Assembly (NCBI GenBank): GCA_001771935.1
Contig: MERD01000071.1
Location: forward strand, 50,148 to 114,147
Length of the DNA: 64,000 nt
Reading direction: 5' to 3'
Source: Betaproteobacteria bacterium RIFCSPLOWO2_02_FULL_67_26
GTDB lineage: Bacteria; Pseudomonadota; Gammaproteobacteria; Burkholderiales; SG8-41
The notes beneath the pieces were generated by a model. The model saw nothing but the letters and a program-made list of their open reading frames with translations. It ran no database searches and was not told the origin of the DNA. Below, piece by piece: positions 56,258-64,000 of this stretch. Both the position numbers and the translations under genes were made by a program. The stretch's first letter is position 1. Each line of letters begins with the position of its first letter.

Positions 56258-57534
56258 TGAAATTGCTCGTCATCGGCTCCGGCGGCCGCGAGCACGCGCT
56301 CGCGTGGAAGCTCGCGCGCTCGCCGCGGATTTCGCGGGTGCTGGTCGCGCCGGGCAACGCCGGCACCGCGCGCGAGGACGGCCTGGTCAACGCGCCGGCG
56401 GCCTCGATACCCGAGTGGCTCGAGCTCGCGCGCCGGGAGGCGGCGGCGTTCACCGTGGTCGGCCCGGAGGCGCCGCTTGCCGACGGCGTCGTGGATGCGT
56501 TCCAGGCCGCGGGACTGAAGATTTTCGGCCCGACGCAGGCTGCTGCCCGGCTCGAGAGCTCCAAGCAGTTCGCCAAGAGCTTCATGCAGCGCCATGGGAT
56601 ACCGACAGCGGACCATGGCTCGTTCAGCGCAGCCGCGCCGGCGCACGAGTACGTGGAGCGGCACGGCGCGCCGATCGTGATCAAGGCCGACGGGCTCGCT
56701 GCCGGCAAGGGCGTGGTGGTGGCGATGAGCGCCGGCGAGGCGCACGCCGCCGTGGACGGGATGCTCGTCGAGAAATCCATGGGCGCAGCCGGCCAGCGGG
56801 TGGTGATCGAGCAGTACCTCGACGGCGAGGAGGCGAGCTTCATCGTGCTCGCCGACGGCCGCCACGCGCTCGCGCTCGCGACCACCCAGGATCACAAGCG
56901 GCTGCTCGATGGCGACCGCGGCCCCAACACCGGCGGCATGGGCGCGTACTCGCCGGCGCCGGTGGTCACGCCCGCGGTTCACGCCCGGGTCATGCGCGAG
57001 GTGATCCAGCCCGCGCTCGCCGGCATGGAGCAGGACGGAACGCCGTATAGCGGTTTTCTCTACGCTGGCCTGATGATCAGCCGGGACGGGAAAATCAAGG
57101 TGCTGGAGTTCAATTGCCGCATGGGCGACCCCGAGACGCAGCCGATCCTGATGCGGTTGAAGAGCGACCTGGTCGGCCTGATCGAGCACGCGCTGGCTGG
57201 CACCCTCGACCGCGTCGAGGCCGAGTGGGACCGGCGGATCGCCCTCGGCGTGGTACTCGCCGCGCACGGCTACCCGGATGCCCCGCGCAAGGGCGACGCG
57301 ATTCACGGCCTGCCGGCGCCGGAGGAGGATTGCCACGTGTTCCATGCCGGCACGGCATTGAACGGAAGGGACGTCGTGGTGAACGGGGGCCGGGTGCTGA
57401 CGGTCACGGCGCTGGGCGGCAACCTGAACGCCGCGCAGCGCCGTGCCTACGAGGTCGCCGAACGAATCCGCTTCGAGGGCATGCAGTTCCGGCGCGACAT
57501 CGGCCACCGCGCGCTCGCCGCGAGCCGGAAATAG
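56257..57534 (+). CDS. purD: Phosphoribosylamine--glycine ligase
   Basis: [20 protein letters not shown]-terminus and an ATP-grasp domain. The start overlaps the purH stop by 1 nt. Confidence 0.98.
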   Translation: MKLLVIGSGGREHALAWKLARSPRISRVLVAPGNAGTAREDGLVNAPAASIPEWLELARREAAAFTVVGPEAPLADGVVDAFQAAGLKIFGPTQAAARLESSKQFAKSFMQRHGIPTADHGSFSAAAPAHEYVERHGAPIVIKADGLAAGKGVVVAMSAGEAHAAVDGMLVEKSMGAAGQRVVIEQYLDGEEASFIVLADGRHALALATTQDHKRLLDGDRGPNTGGMGAYSPAPVVTPAVHARVMREVIQPALAGMEQDGTPYSGFLYAGLMISRDGKIKVLEFNCRMGDPETQPILMRLKSDLVGLIEHALAGTLDRVEAEWDRRIALGVVLAAHGYPDAPRKGDAIHGLPAPEEDCHVFHAGTALNGRDVVVNGGRVLTVTALGGNLNAAQRRAYEVAERIRFEGMQFRRDIGHRALAASRK

Positions 57535-57550
57535 AGGTTTGGGGTAAGCT

Positions 57551-58423
57551 GTGACGATGGCCCCCCACTACGACCGCTCGCGCCAGGACCTGGGCAACAT
57601 CGTGCTGCTCGAGCACGTGAACGTCACCATTCCCGACCAGCGCCTCGCCACGATTTTCTACCTGAGCGGCCTGGGCCTCACGCGCGATCCATATCTCATG
57701 TCCGGAATCGACAACATGTGGGTGAACGTGGGCCGCAGCCAGTTTCACCTGCCCTCGCGCGGCGCCCAGGTGCTGCGCGGCTGCGTCGGCATCGTGATGC
57801 CCGATCTGGCGGCGCTCGAGTGCCGGTTGCAAATCGTGGCGCCGCTCCTGGCGGAGACGCGGTTCGCCTGGGAGAAGCGCGATGGCCGCATCGAGGCGAC
57901 GTGCCCATGGGGCAACCGCTACCGCTGTCACGCGCCCGCGCCCGAGTTCGGCGACGCCGAGCTCGCCATAGCCTACGTGCAGCTCGACGTGCCCGCCGGC
58001 TCGGCGCCGGGGATCGCGCGTTTCTACCAGGACGTCCTGGGAGCGCACGCCGCGCTGGACGGCGGCCTTGGCGGCGCGACGGCCGCCGTATCCACCGGCG
58101 CTGCGCAACGGCTGCGATTCCGCGAGACCGCGCGCCCGCTCCCGGAGTACGACGGGCACCACGTCCAGGTCTACGTCGCCGATTTCTCCGGCCCGCATCG
58201 TCGCTTGATGGAGCGCGGACTCGTTACCGAGGAGAGCAGCGAGCACCAGTACCGCTTCCGCGACATCGTCGACCCGGCGAGCGGAAAGCCTCTCTTCACC
58301 CTCGAGCACGAGGTGCGCAGCCTTACCCACCCGCTCTACGCGCGCCCGCTCGTCAATCGCAATCCGGCCCAGAGCAACCGCGACTACGTGCGCGGCCACG
58401 ACGCGTTCCGCGGCACCTATTGA
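57551..58423 (+). CDS. Conserved hypothetical protein (possibly VOC/glyoxalase-fold metalloenzyme)
   Basis: 290 aa with repeated His-led beta-strand-like segments (LEHVNVTI, HHVQVYV, EHEV). The fold guess is by eye only; the start is GTG 57551 or ATG 57557. Confidence 0.4.
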   Translation: MTMAPHYDRSRQDLGNIVLLEHVNVTIPDQRLATIFYLSGLGLTRDPYLMSGIDNMWVNVGRSQFHLPSRGAQVLRGCVGIVMPDLAALECRLQIVAPLLAETRFAWEKRDGRIEATCPWGNRYRCHAPAPEFGDAELAIAYVQLDVPAGSAPGIARFYQDVLGAHAALDGGLGGATAAVSTGAAQRLRFRETARPLPEYDGHHVQVYVADFSGPHRRLMERGLVTEESSEHQYRFRDIVDPASGKPLFTLEHEVRSLTHPLYARPLVNRNPAQSNRDYVRGHDAFRGTY

Positions 58424-58446
58424 CAACACAAAGAGGAGGCACGTCC

Positions 58447-59424
58447 ATGTCGGCTTCAACTGCTTTCATTTCCCGGCTCCTCGCGGTTCTGGCGGGACTC
58501 GCCACCGTCCCGGCCGCGCTGGCGCAGGAGCCCTTTCCGGCCGGGCGGCCGATCGAATTCGTCGTGCTGTTTCCCGCCGGCAGCTCCGCGGACGTCACCG
58601 CGCGCGTGCTGGCGGAGGGCATGGGCAAGCGCCTCGGCACGCAGATCGTGGTGGTGAACCGGCCCGGGGGCGGTGGCGCGGTCGGCTATCGATACGCGGT
58701 ATCGCAGGCGCCTGACGGCCACCACCTGGTCTGGAACTCGAATTCGATATCGACCACCTACCATACCGGCACGCTGCCATTCGATTACCGGTCGTTCGTG
58801 CCGGTGGCACGCGTGCAGATCGAGACACCGTTCCTGTTCGTCAGGAGCAACACGGCGTGGAAATCCGTGCGCGACATCCTGCAATACGCCAAGGCCAGCC
58901 CCGGCAAGCTTACCGTCGGCAATTCCGGCTTCGGCAGCCATACCCACCTGTCGTCGGTATGGCTGTTCCGGGCGGCCGGCGCGCAGATCACGGACGTGCC
59001 GTTCAGCGCCGCCCAGGTGGTGCCGAGCCTGCTCGGCGGAGAAGTGGATGCCGTGGTCCAGCTGCCGAGCGCGCTCGCGGGCCACGTGAAAACCGGCGCG
59101 GTGCGCGCGCTGGTCGCCCTGAGCGCGACACGCGATCGATCGTTTCCCGACGTGCCGACGGCCAAGGAGGCGGGATTGAGCGCCGTTGCCGAACTCTGGC
59201 GCGGCGTGGTGGTGCCGAAGGGCACGCCGCAACGCATCGTGGCGAAGCTCGAGGGCGTCATCCGCGATACGGTGCAGGACCCGGGGTTCGCGCGCGCCGC
59301 GGAACGGCTGCTCGTCACGCCCGCATTCCTGCCGGCGGCCGAGTTCGGCCGGTTGGTCGCCCGGGAGGACGCCGAGATCGCCAAGGCGGTCGAGTCGATG
59401 GGGCTCAGGAAGTCTCCGAAGTGA
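58447..59424 (+). CDS. Bug-family (TctC-like) tripartite tricarboxylate transporter substrate-binding protein, orphan
   Basis: ATG at 58447 follows a strong SD (AAGAGGAGG). It has a signal peptide and the motifs [24 protein letters not shown] and GFGSHTHL. No tctA/tctB genes lie nearby. Confidence 0.85.
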   Translation: MSASTAFISRLLAVLAGLATVPAALAQEPFPAGRPIEFVVLFPAGSSADVTARVLAEGMGKRLGTQIVVVNRPGGGGAVGYRYAVSQAPDGHHLVWNSNSISTTYHTGTLPFDYRSFVPVARVQIETPFLFVRSNTAWKSVRDILQYAKASPGKLTVGNSGFGSHTHLSSVWLFRAAGAQITDVPFSAAQVVPSLLGGEVDAVVQLPSALAGHVKTGAVRALVALSATRDRSFPDVPTAKEAGLSAVAELWRGVVVPKGTPQRIVAKLEGVIRDTVQDPGFARAAERLLVTPAFLPAAEFGRLVAREDAEIAKAVESMGLRKSPK

Positions 59425-59428
59425 TCGA

Positions 59429-60328
59429 TTGGACGCGGCCGCCGTCAAGCAGCACTTTCTCGAGCTTCAGCGGACGATCGTCGCGCGCCTGGCCGGGGCC
59501 GATGGGCACGCGTTCCGGCGCGACGAGTGGACGCGCGCGCAGGGCGGGGGCGGTGTCTCGGAGCTGCTGGAGGACGGGGCGATATTCGAGCGCGCCGGGG
59601 TAAACTTCTCGCACGTATTCGGCGGCAGCCTGCCGCCGTCGGCAAGCGCCGGCCGACCCGAGCTCGCCGGGTGCTCGTTTGAGGCCATGGGCGTGTCGCT
59701 GGTCCTGCACCCGCGCAATCCCTATGTTCCGACCGTGCACCTGAACGTGCGATGCTTCCTGGCGCAGAAGGACCGGGCGGCGCCGGTGTGGTGGTTCGGC
59801 GGCGGCATGGACCTGACGCCCTACTACCCGTTCGCGGAGGATGCGCGGCACTTCCATCGCGCCTGCCGCGATGCTCTGGCGCCGTTCGGCGCCGACCGCT
59901 ACCCGGCGTGCAAGAAATGGTGCGACGAATACTTTTACCTCAAGCACCGCGCGGAGCCGCGTGGCATCGGCGGAATATTCTTCGACGACCTGAACGCGCC
60001 CGACTTCGCAACCTGCTTCGCGCTGACGCGGAGCGTGGGGGCCCATTTCCTGCCGGCCTACGCGCCGATCCTGGAACGCCGCAAGGACCTGCCGTACGGC
60101 GCGCGCGAGCGCGCGTTCCAGGCCTATCGTCGCGGCCGCTACGTCGAGTTCAACCTGGTGTACGATCGCGGCACGCTGTTCGGGCTGCAGTCGGGCGGGC
60201 GCGCCGAATCCATCCTCATGTCGTTGCCGCCGCGGGTCGAATGGCGCTACGACTGGAAGCCCGAACCCGGCAGTCCGGAGGAAAAGCTCTACACCGATTT
60301 CCTGGTGCCGAAAGACTGGGCAGATTAA
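59429..60328 (+). CDS. hemF: Oxygen-dependent coproporphyrinogen-III oxidase
   Basis: By eye it is collinear with E. coli HemF from (M)[13 protein letters not shown] to DWAD. The only in-frame start after the Bug stop is TTG 59429, giving 299 aa. Confidence 0.93.
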   Translation: MDAAAVKQHFLELQRTIVARLAGADGHAFRRDEWTRAQGGGGVSELLEDGAIFERAGVNFSHVFGGSLPPSASAGRPELAGCSFEAMGVSLVLHPRNPYVPTVHLNVRCFLAQKDRAAPVWWFGGGMDLTPYYPFAEDARHFHRACRDALAPFGADRYPACKKWCDEYFYLKHRAEPRGIGGIFFDDLNAPDFATCFALTRSVGAHFLPAYAPILERRKDLPYGARERAFQAYRRGRYVEFNLVYDRGTLFGLQSGGRAESILMSLPPRVEWRYDWKPEPGSPEEKLYTDFLVPKDWAD

Positions 60329-62307
60329 AACCAGCTCTTCAGCGACTTCACGCGCGACAGGATCTTCTGGCTGACGGAGCGCTCCGCGTCCGCCGCGGCC
60401 ACCTGGTGCTGGTGCGTGAGATGGGGATTCTGCTTGAACGACTGGTAGCGGGTGAGCGCCGCCTGGAGGTAGCTCCTCAGCTTTTCCGGGTCCAGCGGCT
60501 TGTTGATGAAGCGGAAGATCTGGGCCTGGTTGATCAGCTCGATCACCAGCTCCGAGTCGGATGCCTCGGTCAGCACGATCACGAGGATCTCGGGCCGCTC
60601 GCGCTTGAGGACCTTGAAGGCGGCGAGCGATTCCTCGCCGCGCTTTGCGATGTCGGCGACGATGAGCGCCGTCTCGTGCGCTTCCAGCTGTCCCAGCGCC
60701 TTGTCGAAATCCTTCGCGTGGCGCACCGGGCACGCGCCGCCCACGAACCGCTTCACCGCGCGCAACGTGTCCTCGCCCTCGCCGATCACCAGCACCCCGG
60801 CTTCCAGCTTCTCGGGCAGGATGGGGGGTGTTGCGGCCCGTTCCGCGAGTTCCAGCGCGATGGCCACCGCCTCCCCGACGGTTTTCTGTATGTCCTGGTT
60901 GTCCCACGGCTTGGAGATGAAGCGGAACACCTCGCCATCGTTCAGGGAGCCGACGATAGAGGCGAGATCCGAGTAGCCGGTCAGCAGCATTCTGACCGTC
61001 GCCGGGGCCGCCTCCTTCACCTGGCGCAGCAACTCGACCCCGGTCATTTCCGGCATGCGCTGGTCGCTGACCACGACGTGGGGCTTGAGTTTCCTGACGA
61101 ACGCCAGCGCCTCGGGCCCGTTGGTTGCCGTGAAAACGTGGTAGTTCATCCGGAATACCGAGCGCAGCGCGGTCAGGATGCGCTCCTCGTCGTCCACGAA
61201 CAGGATGCGCGCCTTGGTGGCGCCCGCCTCGGCAGCCGGTGCCGCCGCGGCGCCCGCGGCGGGCGTCGTCGTGGACTCCGCTGCGGGCGCACGCGCGTGG
61301 GGCTGGGTCGGGACATCGGCCCCGGGCCGCGTCGGGGTGTCGGCCATGGGCTGTGGCGGGGCTTCGGCCTTGGGCGGCGGCAACCCGGCGAGCATGCGCG
61401 CCGCCTGGATGAGCTTGGGGTCGATGCGCTGGGTCGGCTCGTCGGCGATGGCGGCCTCCGCGGGCTGGCGCTGGCTCTGGCGGATGCTCGCCTCGATGCC
61501 CTTCACGAACGCATCGGAGAACTCTTTCGCGCCCTGGAAGCGCTCCGCGGGCTTCTTGGCGAGCGCTTTCTGGACCGCCCAGTCGAGCTGCACCGAGATC
61601 TTGGGGTTGTGGTCGGAGGGATTGACCGGGCGCTCGTTCAGCGCCTGGCGCATCACCTCGGCGTTGTTGCCGGTAAAGGGGCGGCGGCCGGCGAGCAGTT
61701 CGTAGGCGATGACGCCCACCGAATAGATGTCGCTGCGCGCGTCGATGTCGGTGCCGAGGAACTGCTCCGGCGACATGTAGCCCGGCGATCCCATGATCTC
61801 GCCCACCTGGGTGAGCGTGGAGGAGTCGAGGCGCGCGATGCCGAAATCGGTGAGCTTCAGGCGCCCGTCGTCGTTGATCAGGATGTTGGAGGGCTTGATG
61901 TCCCGGTGGAAGACGCCGAGGGCGTGCGCGTAGCCCAGCCCGTCGAGGAGCTGGCGGATCAGCTCGCCGATCTCCTTCAGCTCGAAACGCGCCTGGTTCT
62001 GCATGTGATGGAACAGCGAATGGCCGTTCACCAGCTCCATCACGATGTAGGCGGTGTCCATGTCCTCGCCGTAATCGTAGATCGCGGTGATGCGGGGGTG
62101 CGTGAGGCGTCCCACCGCCTGTGCCTCGTGGCGGAAGCGCGTGAGCGCGTACTGCAGGTCCGCCGGGTCCATCGCGGACTTGGTGATGGTCTTGATCGCG
62201 ACCGTGCGGTGGATCGCGGGGTCGAACGCGCGGTAGACGATACCCATGCCCCCCTGGCCGAGCACGTCCTGGATCTGGTACTTGCCGATGATCGTCGGGT
62301 TATTCAT
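60325..62307 (-). CDS. Hanks-type Ser/Thr protein kinase fused to two C-terminal CheY-like receiver domains
   Basis: Kinase motifs [24 protein letters not shown] and SPGYMSPE, then a Pro/Ala-rich linker. REC1 follows (FVDDEE...VVSD415QRMP...LLTGY...ISKPW), then REC2 (IVAD552I...VLTEA...INKPL). Confidence 0.85.
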   Translation of the reverse strand: MNNPTIIGKYQIQDVLGQGGMGIVYRAFDPAIHRTVAIKTITKSAMDPADLQYALTRFRHEAQAVGRLTHPRITAIYDYGEDMDTAYIVMELVNGHSLFHHMQNQARFELKEIGELIRQLLDGLGYAHALGVFHRDIKPSNILINDDGRLKLTDFGIARLDSSTLTQVGEIMGSPGYMSPEQFLGTDIDARSDIYSVGVIAYELLAGRRPFTGNNAEVMRQALNERPVNPSDHNPKISVQLDWAVQKALAKKPAERFQGAKEFSDAFVKGIEASIRQSQRQPAEAAIADEPTQRIDPKLIQAARMLAGLPPPKAEAPPQPMADTPTRPGADVPTQPHARAPAAESTTTPAAGAAAAPAAEAGATKARILFVDDEERILTALRSVFRMNYHVFTATNGPEALAFVRKLKPHVVVSDQRMPEMTGVELLRQVKEAAPATVRMLLTGYSDLASIVGSLNDGEVFRFISKPWDNQDIQKTVGEAVAIALELAERAATPPILPEKLEAGVLVIGEGEDTLRAVKRFVGGACPVRHAKDFDKALGQLEAHETALIVADIAKRGEESLAAFKVLKRERPEILVIVLTEASDSELVIELINQAQIFRFINKPLDPEKLRSYLQAALTRYQSFKQNPHLTHQHQVAAADAERSVSQKILSRVKSLKSWF

Positions 62308-62332
62308 CGCGATTGGGGAAGGCGTTCCGGCA

Positions 62333-64000
62333 TCAGGCCGCCGCTTGCGCCGCCTCCGGCGGGGTCAACGGTAGCACCACCGTGAACTTGGTGCCAACCC
62401 CGACGGCGGAGTCCACGCTGATCGTGCCGCCGTGGCCCTGGACGATCTTGTAGACGATCGAGAGCCCGAGGCCGGTGCCCTTTCCCACGTCCTTGGTGGT
62501 GAAGAACGGGTCGAAGATCTTGGGCAGCACCTCGGACGGGATGCCCTTGCCGTTGTCCTGGACCTCCACCGCGACGTGTTCCGCGTCCAGGCGGCGCGTG
62601 GCGAGCGTGATGATGCCTCCCTTGCCCGACTCGATCGCCTGTGCCGCGTTGTTGACGAGGTTGAGCAGCACCTGGTTGATCTGCGACGGGGCGCAGGTGA
62701 TTGCGGGGATCTCGCCGTAGTGCTTCTGCACGGTATGGCTCTTCAGCTCGTGCTTGGCGAGCAGCAGCGTGCTCTCGAGTCCCTCGTTCAGGTTGAAGCT
62801 CGAGACCTTGCTGCGGTCGAGCCGCGAGAAGTTCTTGAGGTTGACCACGATCTCGGAGATCTGGCCGATGCCGTAGAGCCCGTCCTTGGCGAGGGCCTGC
62901 AGCTCGTCCAGCACCTGGTGCGCCTTGAACTGCCCGATCAGCTGCTCGGTCAGCGCGAACTGCTGCGCCAGCTGGTGCGGGTCGGCGGTGCCGGAGCGCA
63001 GGAGGTCCAGCAGCTTCTCGGATTCGGCGACGAGCCGCGCGAGCTCGGGCAGCTTGCCCGCCACCGAGCCCAGGCTGTTCTTGACATAGGCGAGCGGCGT
63101 GTTGATCTCGTGCGCCACGCCCGCGACCATCTGCCCGAGGGAGGACATCTTCTCGGTCTGGATCAGCTGCGCTTCCGACTCCTTCAGCTGCTGCAGCGCC
63201 GCGGTGAGCTCCTGGGTGCGCTCGGCGACGCGCTGCTCCAGCAGCTCGTTGGCGCTCTTGAGAGCCTGGTTGGCGGCATGGATCAGGCGATAGCTCGCCA
63301 CCAGGCGCATCGCCAGGTAGCCGAGCAGGATCAGCAGCGCGCCCGAGTAGGCGACGAGGTAGGCGCGGTAGAACTCCTGGTTGGCGAGCGCGGCCTCGGT
63401 CTCGCGCGAGAAGGCATTGGTGAGGGTGTCGACGCGCGGCCCCGCGGTCAGGAACGCGAGCTTCACGAACAGCTCGTGCTCGACGGGCCGGGCGCCGAGC
63501 AGCTGCTGGACGTGGCCGTCGAGGCGCAGTATGCCGTCGCGCAGCGCCGGCGGCAGCGGCGCGGCGGCGTGGCGCAGGTCGGCCATGATGCCCTCGACGA
63601 TCTTGCGCTGCGCGTCGCCCGGCGCAAGGTAGTAGCGCTGCGCCTCGGCGATGGCCTGCACGGTCGCGCTCTCCGCCGCCACCAGACGTTCCCGGTCGCG
63701 GACGTCCGGCCACGATCCGCGCACCAGGCCTGCGATCTCGGCGTCGCCCGCCAGCACCTGCGCGAGGGCCTGCTTGGTGCCGGCGTTGGCCTTGCGGTAC
63801 TGCTCCACCAGTTCGGCCTTTTGAGAGAACGCGCTCGCGAGCTCCGGCAGGCCGCGCGTGAGCACGGGGCTGCCGAGCGCCTGCTCGGCGGCGGCGAGCT
63901 CCTGGCGGATGCGGGCCAGCGTCGGCGCGTAGTCGGCGAGCGGCACCTGCGGCGGCACGAAGTCGATGCGCGAGCGCCACAGGTCGACGTCCCAGCGGGC
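62333..64000 (-). CDS. Sensor histidine kinase (N-terminus possibly beyond the window)
   Basis: H-box [10 protein letters not shown]-box [13 protein letters not shown]1 [16 protein letters not shown]2 GTGLGLS, and one hydrophobic segment. The track start is GTG 63958, but the frame stays open to nt 64000. Confidence 0.85.
   Translation of the reverse strand, partial: ARWDVDLWRSRIDFVPPQVPLADYAPTLARIRQELAAAEQALGSPVLTRGLPELASAFSQKAELVEQYRKANAGTKQALAQVLAGDAEIAGLVRGSWPDVRDRERLVAAESATVQAIAEAQRYYLAPGDAQRKIVEGIMADLRHAAAPLPPALRDGILRLDGHVQQLLGARPVEHELFVKLAFLTAGPRVDTLTNAFSRETEAALANQEFYRAYLVAYSGALLILLGYLAMRLVASYRLIHAANQALKSANELLEQRVAERTQELTAALQQLKESEAQLIQTEKMSSLGQMVAGVAHEINTPLAYVKNSLGSVAGKLPELARLVAESEKLLDLLRSGTADPHQLAQQFALTEQLIGQFKAHQVLDELQALAKDGLYGIGQISEIVVNLKNFSRLDRSKVSSFNLNEGLESTLLLAKHELKSHTVQKHYGEIPAITCAPSQINQVLLNLVNNAAQAIESGKGGIITLATRRLDAEHVAVEVQDNGKGIPSEVLPKIFDPFFTTKDVGKGTGLGLSIVYKIVQGHGGTISVDSAVGVGTKFTVVLPLTPPEAAQAAA

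Overview
The window is visibly GC-rich (third codon positions are almost all G/C; I did not compute the figure) and reads as proteobacterial core chromosome. Gene content and order fit a betaproteobacterium best: an 80-aa Fis, a Bug/TctC-type binding protein, and a pilMNOPQ-aroKB-dgt-gltBD block. The organism cannot be named from the sequence alone.

Gene order: the window starts inside parB and runs through the complete F1Fo ATP synthase operon (atpIBEFHAGDC), glpD and glmU-glmS. A long minus-strand block follows: two tandem dsbA paralogues, a SPOR protein, argS, a DSBH-like hypothetical, priA, hemE, gltBD, a dgt-like gene, aroB, aroK and pilQPONM. After that come ponA, hemB, cytochrome c4, hemL-thiE-thiD, rubredoxin and gloA. 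Next is the rsmA-pdxA-surA-lptD envelope cluster with divergent amgK-murU, then pepP-ubiH, dusB-fis and purH-purD. The window ends with a VOC-like hypothetical, an orphan Bug binding protein, hemF, and a histidine kinase followed by a Ser/Thr-kinase/double-receiver fusion.

There are about 55 CDS. I saw no rRNA, tRNA, CRISPR array, transposase/integrase or obvious defence island. Many long ORFs in the supplied track are GC-driven shadow frames or N-terminal over-extensions. I trimmed them using recognisable N-termini, neighbouring stop codons and start codons read directly from the DNA.

This is overwhelmingly housekeeping DNA, and I do not see a convincing novel multi-gene system. Four items are most worth a second look:
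- the HK + (Ser/Thr kinase-REC-REC) pair at 60.3-64.0 kb;
- a terminator-capped structured RNA candidate in the hemB/cytochrome c4 spacer;
- a palindromic repeat family built from tandem GAYYGAG heptamers that fills two intercistronic gaps;
- a DSBH-fold hypothetical in the argS operon whose metal-binding motif reads HxG instead of HxD.
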